From Candidatus Anderseniibacteriota bacterium (GTDB lineage: Bacteria; Patescibacteriota; Andersenbacteria; UBA10190): a stretch of DNA of 64,000 nucleotides. The position numbers and the translations under genes were made by a program. Of this stretch, positions 19,851 through 30,160 are shown piece by piece. The DNA lies in contig JAIOOW010000002.1 of assembly GCA_021414205.1 (NCBI GenBank), positions 340,171-404,170 of the forward strand, in the 5' to 3' direction. How positions within the stretch are numbered: position 1 is the stretch's first letter; each line of letters opens with the position of its first letter. The notes beneath the pieces were generated by a model that made no database searches, was not told where the DNA came from, and worked only from the letters and a program-made list of their open reading frames with translations.

Positions 19851-20876
19851 CTAAAAATTAAATAGTGGCGGTATTACGCCAAGCACGACCAAGCTATTGA
19901 GAAGATTAAATAGCGCAAACATAATCACGATAAGTCCGGCTGTTTTGAAGAAGATTCCAGATTTAGAGCTATTCGTAATGCTGAACGAGCTAAAGCTTAT
20001 AGCAGCCAGAACGGGAAGCGTGCCCAACGCAAATGCAAACATCGTGAAGCCACCTTGAAGGAAACTTCCGGTCGTAAGAGTATAGAGTTGCATTGATTGA
20101 GTGAATCCGCAGGGAAGAAAAAACGTTGCAATACCGACCAGCACCGGCGTGAAGCTATGATTGAACTTCGATACACCATGAGCATGCTTTGCAATAAACT
20201 TCGGCATAGATGGCTGAAGTTTCTTTGCCCACGGGAATACGTCGAGAAGATTTATACCAAGAGTGAGCATCACAATTCCAATCACGGCACTTAAAATAAA
20301 GGTGGCTGAAGTGTTGAGCGTAAAGGCAGAACCGATTGCACCAATGACTCCTCCGAGAATAAAGAATGAAACAAGGCGACCACCATGGAATAAAAGCTGT
20401 GGTTTTATTTTATCGCCCTCTTTTGCAAACGTTGCTGACATGGAAAGAACAAGTCCTCCGACTACTGCCATACACGTTGAAAGAGAGGCAATAATACCGA
20501 TGACGAATGCCGTACCGTACGTAACATCCCCGCCACTTACTAAATTCACAATTCCCATTTTCTGAAGCGCAATAAAAAGAAGTGCAAAGGCTAAAGCGAT
20601 AGGGACCGCAATCGTAAAGTCGTCCCATTTCACTACTTTCTGCTGCCTCTCAATAGAGACCGTGTACCCATGTGGCTTCAAGGGGACCGTAAGCTCTTCG
20701 GCGATTTGTTCAGGAGTCTTATCCCCGAAATCTCCCTTCACTTCAACGGAATGGTTTTTCAAACTCGATTTGGCATACGTAATATTTGGCAAATCTTTCA
20801 ATTCGCTTTCAGTTAAGAGAATGCAAGCATTGCAGTGCATGCCGTGTACGTGAAATGTATGTGTTTGAGCTGTCAT
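19851..20876 (-). CDS. HMA domain fused to DsbD_2/TauE-like multi-TM domain
   Basis: N-terminal HGMHCNACI (heavy-metal-associated) motif. Membrane domain carries conserved Cys residues ([19 protein letters not shown]). Confidence 0.6.
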   Translation of the reverse strand: MTAQTHTFHVHGMHCNACILLTESELKDLPNITYAKSSLKNHSVEVKGDFGDKTPEQIAEELTVPLKPHGYTVSIERQQKVVKWDDFTIAVPIALAFALLFIALQKMGIVNLVSGGDVTYGTAFVIGIIASLSTCMAVVGGLVLSMSATFAKEGDKIKPQLLFHGGRLVSFFILGGVIGAIGSAFTLNTSATFILSAVIGIVMLTLGINLLDVFPWAKKLQPSMPKFIAKHAHGVSKFNHSFTPVLVGIATFFLPCGFTQSMQLYTLTTGSFLQGGFTMFAFALGTLPVLAAISFSSFSITNSSKSGIFFKTAGLIVIMFALFNLLNSLVVLGVIPPLFNF

Positions 20877-23188
20877 AGTTTTTTCGCTTTAAGCCGTAAT
20901 GAATTGCCCACAACAGAAACACTTGAGAACGCCATCGCAAGCCCTGCAAATACAGGACTTAAGAGCCATCCAAAAACTGGATAAAATAACCCTCCGGCAA
21001 GTGGGATGCCAATGATGTTGTAAATAAATGCCCAAAAGAGGTTCTGCTTGATACCTCTCATAGTGAGCTTTGACAGTCGCACAGCTTTAACGAGTTTTGA
21101 AATGTCGCCGTGCAAGAGAGTGATGCCGGCTGTCTCAATCGCCACGTCTGTGCCGGTCCCCATCGCAATTCCCACATCAGCCTGAGCGAGAGCAGGAGCG
21201 TCATTGATACCGTCCCCAGCCATTGCCACAATGCGTCCGTCCCTCTGCAATTCCTGTATTTTCTTGAGCTTGTCTTCCGGAAGCACTTCAGCAACAACGT
21301 CATCAATCCCTACTTCTTTCGCAATAGCGTGAGCAGTATTCTTGTGATCGCCGGTTAGCATGACAACCTGTATGCCAAGTGCATGAAGACTTTTAACTGC
21401 TTCCACTGCCTCTGGTTTTATAGCATCCGCCACCATTACAACCCCAAGCACTTCATTCTTTGTCGCAAGAATAATAGGCGTTCTGCCTCGCATCGTTTCT
21501 GCTTCAATTTCACTTACATCAAAAGATAGTTTGAGGTCGGAAATGAGCTTTGTATTTCCTGCAAAGTATTCCGTATTTTCAATAGTTGCTTTCAGCCCCT
21601 TGCCCTTAATACTTTCAAAACCAGAAGCCACCATGAGAGAGATATTTTTTGTTTTTGCATATTCCAAAACTGCGTGAGCAATCGGATGTTCTGACTTGCT
21701 TTCAAGCGTCGCCAGAATAGAAACTATCTTTTCTTCCGTTAATGAAGAAGTATTTTTTACGCTTACCAATTCCGGCTTGCCTCTAGTTAGAGTGCCAGTC
21801 TTATCCACCACTACCGTAGTAACCTTATGAAGTTTTTCGAGAGTGGCAGCGTCCTTGATAAGGATTCCTTCTTTTGCTCCCTTGCCAACACCAACGATAA
21901 TTGCAGTAGGCGTTGCCAAGCCAAGGGCGCAGGGGCAGGCAATAACTAAGATGCCCACAAATGAGGTAAGACCATAGGAAAGGGCTTGAGAGAACCCAAG
22001 AAGGGGTGTGCCTATGAGAAGCCATATGCCGAGCGTAGCGAACGCAATCACTAACACGATGGGCACGAACACAGCCGAAATCTTATCAGCCAACGCCTGA
22101 ATTGGAGCACGGCTGCCTTGTGCGTCTTCAACCATTTTAATGATATGAGCAAGCAATGTCTCCGAGCCTACTTTTGTTGCTTTGAACGTAAACGAGCCAG
22201 TGGTATTGATAGTACCGGCAACCACAGTATCACCCACGGTTTTTTCTAGAGGCATAGATTCTCCGGTAACCATAGACTCATCAACAAATGACGAACCTTC
22301 GGAGATGGTCCCATCTACAGGAATACTGCTCCCTGGCTTGACTACGATGCTATCGCCATGAACTACTTGATTGATAGATATTTCTTGCTCCTTGCCGTCC
22401 CGAATAACAATAGCGGTTTTCGCCTGAAGATTCAGGAGTTTCTCTATGGCGTCCCCCGTCTTAATCTTCGCTTTGGCTTCCAAGTATTTGCCGAGCGTAA
22501 TGAATGCTATTACTACGATAGTTACGTCGTAATACGTATGCTCAACGTTAATAAACTGGCGAAGCGGTTCTTCAAAAGCTGTAATAATAAAACTATAGAG
22601 AAAGGCTACTGACGTACCGATGCCGATAAGAGTGTCCATGTTCGCCTTGCCGTAGCGGAGGAAACGATAGAAACCCAAGAGGTATGGCTTACCGATAACA
22701 AACAGTATGTACGTGGCAAAAATAGGCAATAGGTGATGCACGAACTCATTCATAATCGTAGACATTTTCGGCATTGCCCCAAATTGTGCAAGAATATCCC
22801 AGCTCATCACAATGATACTAAAAACAGCCAACGGGATAGCTATCATCACTTTTGCTCTCATATCAGCAACTTCAGCAAGCTTTTCTTGTTTTGATTGTCC
22901 AATACCAGTATGAGCGGCGTGGTCCTCGGCTGACATGCCCATTTCTTCGGCTGTCTTTCCTCCATGATTTGAGTGGTCAGGCATAACAAGCGAATATCCT
23001 AAAGGCTCAATCTTCTTGGAAAGTGCTTGGGGATTTGTTTTTGATGGGTCAAAAGAAACTTTTACTTTCTCTGTTCCGTAATTAGCTGATGCAGACTCTA
23101 CTCCTTCAACTTTCTTAAATGTTTTTTCGATGATAGACGAACATGAAGCGCAGTGCATTCCTTTTACGTTGTATGTTTGAGTGTGCAT
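20873..23188 (-). CDS. copA: Copper-translocating P1B-type ATPase
   Basis: N-terminal [12 protein letters not shown]; CPC ([15 protein letters not shown]); DKTGTLT; [10 protein letters not shown]. Overlaps the downstream gene by 4 nt. Confidence 0.85.
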   Translation of the reverse strand: MHTQTYNVKGMHCASCSSIIEKTFKKVEGVESASANYGTEKVKVSFDPSKTNPQALSKKIEPLGYSLVMPDHSNHGGKTAEEMGMSAEDHAAHTGIGQSKQEKLAEVADMRAKVMIAIPLAVFSIIVMSWDILAQFGAMPKMSTIMNEFVHHLLPIFATYILFVIGKPYLLGFYRFLRYGKANMDTLIGIGTSVAFLYSFIITAFEEPLRQFINVEHTYYDVTIVVIAFITLGKYLEAKAKIKTGDAIEKLLNLQAKTAIVIRDGKEQEISINQVVHGDSIVVKPGSSIPVDGTISEGSSFVDESMVTGESMPLEKTVGDTVVAGTINTTGSFTFKATKVGSETLLAHIIKMVEDAQGSRAPIQALADKISAVFVPIVLVIAFATLGIWLLIGTPLLGFSQALSYGLTSFVGILVIACPCALGLATPTAIIVGVGKGAKEGILIKDAATLEKLHKVTTVVVDKTGTLTRGKPELVSVKNTSSLTEEKIVSILATLESKSEHPIAHAVLEYAKTKNISLMVASGFESIKGKGLKATIENTEYFAGNTKLISDLKLSFDVSEIEAETMRGRTPIILATKNEVLGVVMVADAIKPEAVEAVKSLHALGIQVVMLTGDHKNTAHAIAKEVGIDDVVAEVLPEDKLKKIQELQRDGRIVAMAGDGINDAPALAQADVGIAMGTGTDVAIETAGITLLHGDISKLVKAVRLSKLTMRGIKQNLFWAFIYNIIGIPLAGGLFYPVFGWLLSPVFAGLAMAFSSVSVVGNSLRLKAKKL

Positions 23189-23203
23189 ATATTTATATAG
23201 TTT

Positions 23204-23479
23204 CTATTTTCTTTTAAGTTTATAAACTTTGATAATCTCTTCTTTCGCTTTATCTTCTTGCCCAGAATGCATCTGATGACGCACGCAATGGTCCAAATGA
23301 TTCTCAAGAAGTAAATCTTCAACGTTTGATAATCCTTGCTTCACCGCTGATGTTTGCGTAATGACGTCTATGCAGTATGTATCGTTCATAATCATCTCTT
23401 GAAGACCACGCACTTGCCCTTCAAGAATCTTTAATCGGCGTACTACTCGTCCCTTATTTTTGTTATCCATGTATTCCAT
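23204..23479 (-). CDS. csoR: CsoR family metal-sensing transcriptional repressor
   Basis: RLKILEGQVRGLQEMIMNDTYCIDVITQTSAVKQGL...HLDHC is the CsoR/RcnR family core. Start trimmed to Met14 because the operator palindrome lies inside the longer ORF. Confidence 0.7.
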   Translation of the reverse strand: MEYMDNKNKGRVVRRLKILEGQVRGLQEMIMNDTYCIDVITQTSAVKQGLSNVEDLLLENHLDHCVRHQMHSGQEDKAKEEIIKVYKLKRK

Positions 23480-23487
23480 ATAAACAC

Positions 23488-23507
23488 TATACCCCCGAGG
23501 GGGTATA
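23488..23507. promoter_or_regulatory. Candidate CsoR operator (GC-rich pseudo-palindrome)
   Basis: tatacccccgagggggtata: perfect 9-bp arms tataccccc/gggggtata around a 2-nt centre. This resembles known CsoR operators (TACCC...GGGTA) and sits immediately upstream of csoR. Confidence 0.5.
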
Positions 23508-23540
23508 TATTCAACCATTGCGACAAATTATCCTTAACAA

Positions 23541-24467
23541 CTATAAGTCCCTTCCAACTTCCCCATTTATATAGTCGGGAATGTCTTTATTTTTAACTGT
23601 GATCGCCCCCTTTAAGACTTCAATATTGTTCTGTAACGGCAATTCATTATGTTTATCGGCGATGGACTTAGCTTTTTTTAGAAAAGCTGTTGCTGCACGA
23701 AACCTATAAGCCGTTTTAAGATGATTGGCTAAATTATAGTAAGTGTAACCCGCGGTTACATCATTCAACTTCTCAAAAATCATGGCTGCCTTCAAAGAAG
23801 CTTTTGTAGACTCATCAAGGAGCTTTTCGAGCATTCTCCCCTTAGCGCCAGGGAAAATTAGTAAGTTCTCAAAAAATGGATATCGCATTAATCTAAAATT
23901 TGCCCATAGAGCAGTACGAAAGCCACCGACCATACACTCCATCTTATACTGCATATAACGTGAACTTTCTACACTGGCTTTTGACATAAAAACATTACCG
24001 AGAGCTTCTTGATTTCCGCTCTCTTCCGCAAACGCCAAAGCCCGTGTTAACAAATCGCTAACTTCCTTTTCGCATTTCTCAATTTCACTAGTTAAAGTAA
24101 TGTACTTTTGTTTGTCTGCCTCGGTTGAAAATTCAATCCATCCCGAAGCAAGTTTAAGATTCTTTTGGTGATACCGTAGCAAGCTAATCTTATTCATTAA
24201 CAAATCAGCCTTTCTGCTCATAAAATTCGCTTGCCAATCTTTATCACCAAATCTTTGCGAGGTCTTTATTGCCTCCTCGCTAAACAAAAGTAATTTTTTA
24301 TTATCTTCAATCGGGTCCAATACACTCAGCGCAAGACCAATGGTTTGCAATCTTAATAATTTATCCTTAACCCTGCTTTCCAAATTTAATAATTGAGCGG
24401 CAGCTTCCTTGCGTTTACCCGCTTGAAGTAACATTAAAGCTTGCTGTAAATCATCTTTTTCTGACAT
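23541..24467 (-). CDS. Hypothetical all-helical protein, overlapping partner of the DUF4238 gene
   Basis: 308 aa; overlaps the upstream DUF4238 gene by 17 nt on the same strand. No family recognised. Confidence 0.45.
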   Translation of the reverse strand: MSEKDDLQQALMLLQAGKRKEAAAQLLNLESRVKDKLLRLQTIGLALSVLDPIEDNKKLLLFSEEAIKTSQRFGDKDWQANFMSRKADLLMNKISLLRYHQKNLKLASGWIEFSTEADKQKYITLTSEIEKCEKEVSDLLTRALAFAEESGNQEALGNVFMSKASVESSRYMQYKMECMVGGFRTALWANFRLMRYPFFENLLIFPGAKGRMLEKLLDESTKASLKAAMIFEKLNDVTAGYTYYNLANHLKTAYRFRAATAFLKKAKSIADKHNELPLQNNIEVLKGAITVKNKDIPDYINGEVGRDL

Positions 24468-25386
24468 AGCGAAACTTATATCTAAATCTTAATTCATCTA
24501 TCCACGTTCTAACCCTGCGCCTCACAACCTTAAAAAGAAAGATCGGATTAAGGGGGTAACGAAAGAACCAGATCATCTTTGTTTTTTTGCTGTGCGAAAC
24601 AAAGTATCTGTAGCAATGGCCAACAATCATTCTATTGGACTCATTAACTCTTTCATTTCCTAATCCAATATACCCACGCAAATTACTCCAACTCAAGCAA
24701 AGCATAATATCTGGCGATAGCGGCAAAGTCACTTGAACACTTTTCTGCCCCAATCCTGGACCATAAAATTTCTGCCACTGTAGATCGGGATTAAAAAGAT
24801 TACAGGGGTCATCCGAAGTAATAAACTTTGCAGACCCATTAGCACAAAGAAAGGCCACACCCATCTTCATCAATAATTCCGTAATATCTGGCAAAAGCCC
24901 AAAAACATTCAGTTTATGAGCATCTTGCTTAAATCTTTTTAGTCTTACCGACTCTTTGGGTGGCAAATTATGAGCTTTTTCAATAAACTCTGCTCGTTCT
25001 ATCAGTTCACTATAAAATTGCTCTAAATTATCCTTATGTCTCAAGGTTCTTTGAAGCATCACACTAACAAAAGCACACAAAATAATATGCTCCTCCTCAT
25101 TGAGAGGTAGTCTATTTTTTATTTTCGTCCGAAATACCGCAGCATACTTTCCCTCAAGACTAGCCAACGTTTCCTCTATTACGTAGTTTTTCTGTCCGTG
25201 AACTTTAAGAGTATACAAATCGTTGCTCGCCAAAGTGTTTTTTATTTTCTCTCTTCTTTGATTTTTTCCCTTTTTACTAAATATCCAAATAGATGGTTCT
25301 TTATTAGGGGGAATCGTTGGGTCCGCAAATTCCCTTAGGTAACACTGGGGCACATAGTGTTGTTTTGTTGGTTTATTCTTTGCCAT
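24451..25386 (-). CDS. DUF4238 family protein (family includes the reported single-gene anti-phage protein Rst_DUF4238)
   Basis: N-terminal HYVPQCYLREF matches the DUF4238 hallmark (HYxPQFYLRxF); 311 aa is within the typical family length. Confidence 0.55.
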   Translation of the reverse strand: MAKNKPTKQHYVPQCYLREFADPTIPPNKEPSIWIFSKKGKNQRREKIKNTLASNDLYTLKVHGQKNYVIEETLASLEGKYAAVFRTKIKNRLPLNEEEHIILCAFVSVMLQRTLRHKDNLEQFYSELIERAEFIEKAHNLPPKESVRLKRFKQDAHKLNVFGLLPDITELLMKMGVAFLCANGSAKFITSDDPCNLFNPDLQWQKFYGPGLGQKSVQVTLPLSPDIMLCLSWSNLRGYIGLGNERVNESNRMIVGHCYRYFVSHSKKTKMIWFFRYPLNPIFLFKVVRRRVRTWIDELRFRYKFRYVRKR

Positions 25387-25427
25387 ACTTATACGGTACA
25401 GCTAAGACGGCTTGTCACATAACCATT

Positions 25428-26105
25428 TTACTTCGGCATCTTCCCACCGTTCGCTAAACAAGCCTTAACGGTAGAATATGGTGTGAATTTCTTCGTTTGA
25501 TCATAGTATTTAGTACCCTTAGCGTGACACAGGTTATTGACGCTCTTTTTCACCGCGGGAGCAGAGGTTGAGATAGCTGGTGCCTTGGCTGCCTGTACTG
25601 TATTGCCGTTACAAGAGGTTGGACTCCATAACCCTCGTTTCTTTGTTTGTGCGTCTTTTTGAGCTTTCTTAAAATCAGCCTGGTACTTATACGGAATGCT
25701 GTTGTAGGTATATTCATGAGCATATCCATCTAAGATCATCAGCTTTTCAAAGCTCGTTCCGTTTTCAAGATATACATACCGTAGTAATCTTCCGTATTTG
25801 TCTCGCTCTCCAGAAACAGGGTCAGATTCAAGACGAACTTTTTTACCTGTAAGAATCGTCTTTGCTTTGTTGGATGCTTCTTTCCCAAAACATTGGACTG
25901 GTTTTCTTGGATCAACAGTTTCCGGGGTATCCATTCCCACTATGCGGATACGTTCTGTCTTAGTACCAATCTGTACGTCTATAGTGTCGCCATCAATAAC
26001 TTTGGTTACAGGATAGAGAGAAGTTGGTTTTGTAGCAGCAAAGGCAGGTTGCTGCAAAGCAACGACTAGGAGAATTGATAGAGCAATTGGTTTGAGAAAT
26101 TTCAT
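25428..26105 (-). CDS. Secreted thermonuclease (SNase-like) with C-terminal Cys-containing extension
   Basis: Signal peptide, then VIDGDTIDV...RIRIVGMDTPET...GRLLRYVY (staphylococcal nuclease homolog motifs). Confidence 0.7.
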   Translation of the reverse strand: MKFLKPIALSILLVVALQQPAFAATKPTSLYPVTKVIDGDTIDVQIGTKTERIRIVGMDTPETVDPRKPVQCFGKEASNKAKTILTGKKVRLESDPVSGERDKYGRLLRYVYLENGTSFEKLMILDGYAHEYTYNSIPYKYQADFKKAQKDAQTKKRGLWSPTSCNGNTVQAAKAPAISTSAPAVKKSVNNLCHAKGTKYYDQTKKFTPYSTVKACLANGGKMPK

Positions 26106-26114
26106 ATATCGGTA

Positions 26115-27164
26115 TTATTTTCCAACTTTCTCAAACTCCGCAGTTGATCTTTCAAGCAACTTTGCTCCCTCACTTATTAATTGTGTTGCTCGCGTAAACT
26201 TAGATACACTTCTTTCATCAAAACCTTGACGCATTAGCGGCATCGCATCGGCGTATTTCTTGAGAGCCTGGAGCCACACGCTATGAAATTGCTTGTATTG
26301 CGCTGGCACTTCCATATCTCGAGCAACTTCATAGCTCTTTTCGATTATTACACTGAGTCCAGCCACTTGAGTTATTTCAGATTGAGTCCACGTAGAAAAA
26401 TCTGGCTTACTCACAAATATTGGACCGATAGTACTAAAGGATGTTTGCAACACGCCATTTAGCTTTATTATTTGCGACTTATATTCTTGGACTGGCTTAT
26501 TTGCTTCTTCCTCGGCCTTTCGCTTTTCTTCCTCTTGAGCGTTCTGCTGAGCTATACGTGCCTGTTCCTTCTTTTCTTCCTCCGTAAAAGTACGATTGAA
26601 AGTTAGGCTTATCGTTGTATTCTTTTTTCCATTTTCTGCAAGAATGCTAATCGTGTTGCTTTCATGAGGCAGTGGTATGGATTGCTCAAAGGTACCATCA
26701 CTAGCAACCGTGACATTAGTTCCTCGCACTTTAATTGTTGCACCCTTAGGCACTACTCTACCTTTAAGTATTACATCCTTAGCTTGGAATGATTGATTAT
26801 CCGCTGGTTCTAGAATTTGAATACTTGGCGCCCGATTTGCATATGCCAACGAGCCATTGATAGCAGCAAAGACAACAATAATTCCTGCTGTAGCATACAG
26901 TTTATACTTCTTTGAAATAGTAATTCTCTTCCAGAACCAAAGCGCTGCAAGCAATAAAACAGGAATGGCAAGATACCAATAGATTAGAACAAAGATTAAG
27001 GAAACAACGCCAAGAATTAAACCAATAAGATTACGCTTTTGTTTACCAGACATCTTTTTAGGAGCGGGCTTTGCTGGAACCTGAGAAAAGTGTAAACGTG
27101 CCTCTGCGCGTATCTGCTCTTCTTCGACTATTTTCTTTCTCTCTTCTTCGGTGAGTGATGACAT
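26115..27164 (-). CDS. Membrane protein (3 TM) with extracytoplasmic beta-rich and coiled-coil domains
   Basis: TM helices at residues 45-110, then an EEEKKEQARIAQQNAQEEEKRKAEEEA coiled coil. Sits 9 nt upstream of the nuclease gene. Confidence 0.45.
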   Translation of the reverse strand: MSSLTEEERKKIVEEEQIRAEARLHFSQVPAKPAPKKMSGKQKRNLIGLILGVVSLIFVLIYWYLAIPVLLLAALWFWKRITISKKYKLYATAGIIVVFAAINGSLAYANRAPSIQILEPADNQSFQAKDVILKGRVVPKGATIKVRGTNVTVASDGTFEQSIPLPHESNTISILAENGKKNTTISLTFNRTFTEEEKKEQARIAQQNAQEEEKRKAEEEANKPVQEYKSQIIKLNGVLQTSFSTIGPIFVSKPDFSTWTQSEITQVAGLSVIIEKSYEVARDMEVPAQYKQFHSVWLQALKKYADAMPLMRQGFDERSVSKFTRATQLISEGAKLLERSTAEFEKVGK

Positions 27165-27259
27165 ACTGTGTATGCGTTAGCAATTAAAGGTTGCTAGCGG
27201 ATAACACAAAGCCCACCGCTAGCTGGTGGGGTAAACCACCCATACCCGTTTCCGGATAT

Positions 27260-27309
27260 GACGTCATCAACGTTAGCTGAACGATGGGTTCAGTGTTGAT
27301 GACGTTTTG
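27260..27309 (+). other. Strong stem-loop followed by TTTT in a divergent intergenic region
   Basis: acgtcatcaacgttagctgaac / gttcagtgttgatgacgt arms (11 + 6 bp) then tttt. A second hairpin cccacc-gctagct-ggtggg lies at 27212-27230. Confidence 0.3.
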
Positions 27310-27500
27310 ATGCCATGCCGCCGCTAGAAGCGTGGTTTAGGCAATTAAGTTGTACCCCTATTTGAACTTAAAAAGCATAAAAATGCAACGAGACGCAGGT
27401 AAATTCCACCCCGCCACTCACTATATATTGAGACAAATTACTTTGCCTGATAGGCTGATAAAACAGGCTTTACCACCTGAAATGAATATTAAATTACAAT

Positions 27501-29813
27501 ATGCCAGGTCCAGAACATCCTATAGAACCTATTACTCTAAGCCTCGCCCGTGCAAGAGATTTGGGCATTGCTAAGAAAAAGGAAAGTTACGAACTTATAC
27601 CCGAGAAAATTGAGGAGCGGGGAAAGCAGATAAAAATAACAGCTCACATCGATGGCAGAGAGACTACTCTTACCTTTGCCAAAGACAAACTAACTGAACG
27701 GCAGTGTAGCCTCATCGCTCTTTGCTATGTTCGCATTGGACGAGGCTACGATGAGTCGGCAAATAAAAACGCTAAAGAATATCTCACCAAGGCGATTAAA
27801 GAAGAAATAGGAGCTAGACCAAAAAGAGAACCGCAGGATTGGCTCCCTTATTTCCTTATTGCTGCTTGCGACCTTGAAATTGAAGGCTTAGGGAATGTGG
27901 CAATTAAAATGTACCACTTTCTGAAACAACCCGAACAACTAAGCCACGATTTTTATGTCCATCTTTACGAAAAAGAAAGTAACCCTCTACGAAAACTCAA
28001 CGTGGCAAAAATTGCCAGTGAATACTACCCCCACAGCACCTATTTTATTGCGTTAGTTGCAGAACACTTGGCTTCCGAAGGCAAGCAAATCGAGTGCCTT
28101 CGTTACCTGATTGAGAAGAAAACCTTGATTCCTTCACAGGAATGGCAACAGGCAAATAGTCTGCGTTTTATGATATTCAATTGCTTTCTGGGACAGGGAA
28201 AGTTTGAGGAAGCAATACAAGAAGCGAGTACGCCCCTATACGGTTACAGCAATGATGAGGATTACGCTCCTATTCTCCGAGCAATTGCCCTCGGCAGACA
28301 GGGCGATTGGCAAGACGCCACTAATATTTTGGAAACAGTTGTGCATACAAGCAAGGGTTCAGGTCCCGTTATTCCCGTCGCTTTGTACTACCTACTTAAA
28401 TGCTATATCAACGCTCAAAACATCCTTGGGATAAAAGGAATAGCCGAGACACTAAGCTTGGATGAGATGGAACTAATGCCCTTTGAAGCACCCTTCTACT
28501 TTATAGATTCCCAGGAGATAATTGATACCCTTACATATGCCACTAGTAGTAAGAAGCTAGCCATTGATGAAATGACCAGAGCGAAATTAAAAGGAATACT
28601 TGCTTACAAACTCTATCGTCAACTACCTAATCCATATACCTACGACTACCCTCGCAAACTTACTTCAGTGGAGCAAAAAAGCCTGGAAAGAGCCTTGCAG
28701 CTAACAAAAGACGCATTGGAATATTTTCCTGCCAAATATTTTTTCAATGCACTTTGCTCAAACCTCTTTTGCCACAAGAGAGAATTTGACACGGGGATGC
28801 AGTATAAACTGAGGGCAATAGCGGCGACACAGGAGGATTGGGAAAAGGAGGGACTCTATATGGATGTGGGATTTGAGGATTGCAGTTCATCGTATCTTCA
28901 CACGTATGCTCACAATGTTAAGACTGCGTTTGCCATGATTGGCAGGTCCCCCAAAAACTACCTAGAAAATGGAGACTTTGAATTTGATATTAAACAGCTA
29001 TGGAAGAGAAAACTATATAGCCAAATTGCAGGGTTATACGAATATGTGAAGGAATACACTGATGAGTGGAATGAGGCAAAACAACTAGAAGAAAGCTCAA
29101 TGCTCTTTGAAATTGCCTACTCACTTAGTGAGTGCGAAGCCTTGGATGAAGCACGTGAAGTATATAGACTTTATATCAAGACCGAGGGCGAAACATCAGC
29201 AGTATTAAATAACCTGGCTATTATTTATGAGCAGACGGGGAATTTGGCAAAGGCAAAAGAAATAATTAAAAAAGCACATAAGTTGGACCCCGATGACGAT
29301 ACGGCTTCAAGGAATTATCAAAGGCTTTTCAAAACTCAGAAAAAAGTATCAAGCCGAAAAGATATTCTCGCTCCTGAAAAAACGGAGATGCCCATAGATA
29401 AAGCCGCAATTTCTCAACCGCTTGATGTGAGAATTATTTCTATGCCCATAGTCCAATTTCAGGACGCTGATAGCCCGCAAGCCAACCACCTAAAACGGTC
29501 TATCGCCTTTCGCAATAATGGAGACTTACTTCACAAAGGAGAATGGCTAGCCAGATTTACACCAGGAACCTCCGAATACTACTTTGCCCTTATACTCTGG
29601 GACCATTTCAATGAACCCGTCAGTCATGAAGATATTTTTGACTATTGCAAGAAAAAGATTCGTAAGGCGTACAGCGAAACGGCACAGTCTTTTTGTAATA
29701 AGAGAAAGAGCAATATTATCAAGGCATTACCAAAAGCAGTAGCAGGGAAAATATTGGTTAGTACAAAGACTGTCGAGGGATTAAACGCATATCAAATGGT
29801 CAGTCCCGACTAA
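27501..29813 (+). CDS. Large (770 aa) alpha-helical/TPR-like hypothetical protein
   Basis: Long ORF with repetitive helical segments; no catalytic motif recognised. Confidence 0.45.
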   Translation: MPGPEHPIEPITLSLARARDLGIAKKKESYELIPEKIEERGKQIKITAHIDGRETTLTFAKDKLTERQCSLIALCYVRIGRGYDESANKNAKEYLTKAIKEEIGARPKREPQDWLPYFLIAACDLEIEGLGNVAIKMYHFLKQPEQLSHDFYVHLYEKESNPLRKLNVAKIASEYYPHSTYFIALVAEHLASEGKQIECLRYLIEKKTLIPSQEWQQANSLRFMIFNCFLGQGKFEEAIQEASTPLYGYSNDEDYAPILRAIALGRQGDWQDATNILETVVHTSKGSGPVIPVALYYLLKCYINAQNILGIKGIAETLSLDEMELMPFEAPFYFIDSQEIIDTLTYATSSKKLAIDEMTRAKLKGILAYKLYRQLPNPYTYDYPRKLTSVEQKSLERALQLTKDALEYFPAKYFFNALCSNLFCHKREFDTGMQYKLRAIAATQEDWEKEGLYMDVGFEDCSSSYLHTYAHNVKTAFAMIGRSPKNYLENGDFEFDIKQLWKRKLYSQIAGLYEYVKEYTDEWNEAKQLEESSMLFEIAYSLSECEALDEAREVYRLYIKTEGETSAVLNNLAIIYEQTGNLAKAKEIIKKAHKLDPDDDTASRNYQRLFKTQKKVSSRKDILAPEKTEMPIDKAAISQPLDVRIISMPIVQFQDADSPQANHLKRSIAFRNNGDLLHKGEWLARFTPGTSEYYFALILWDHFNEPVSHEDIFDYCKKKIRKAYSETAQSFCNKRKSNIIKALPKAVAGKILVSTKTVEGLNAYQMVSPD

Positions 29814-29836
29814 ATCAGAATTTCGTCAGAATTTTT

Positions 29837-29890
29837 GGAGATACTTAATATCTCCCCTGGTGCAAGCTGGCTACTACAAGCCAGTTTTTT
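29837..29890 (+). terminator. Rho-independent terminator (two hairpins + T6)
   Basis: ggagatacttaatatctcc hairpin, then ctggc-tactacaa-gccag followed by tttttt. Lies just after the 770-aa ORF stop. Confidence 0.4.
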
Positions 29891-30157
29891 ATGCAATCAA
29901 ATTACATTACAAACGAAACAAACAGTCGCTTTTCCACTTATGACTTGGGATTAGCTGCGGCATTGATAACGCACGGTTTTGAGCTTGCGGAAATGGACCG
30001 AGCTAATCCTAAGAGGGTCTTATTTACATTCCAGCGTAGCCATAGTGAGTTAGAAAAAACAATCAATGAATACTTGACCGACCAACTCCGCTTACCAGCC
30101 CGCAGGTTTTTTGATGACGTTCGCGCATTAAAAAATCGTCTCCATGACGCGAGGTAA
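29891..30157 (+). CDS. DUF5659 domain protein (phage/mobile-element associated)
   Basis: FSTYDLGLAAALITHGFELAEMDRANPKRVLFTFQRS matches the DUF5659 pattern. Confidence 0.45.
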   Translation: MQSNYITNETNSRFSTYDLGLAAALITHGFELAEMDRANPKRVLFTFQRSHSELEKTINEYLTDQLRLPARRFFDDVRALKNRLHDAR

Positions 30158-30160
30158 CTT

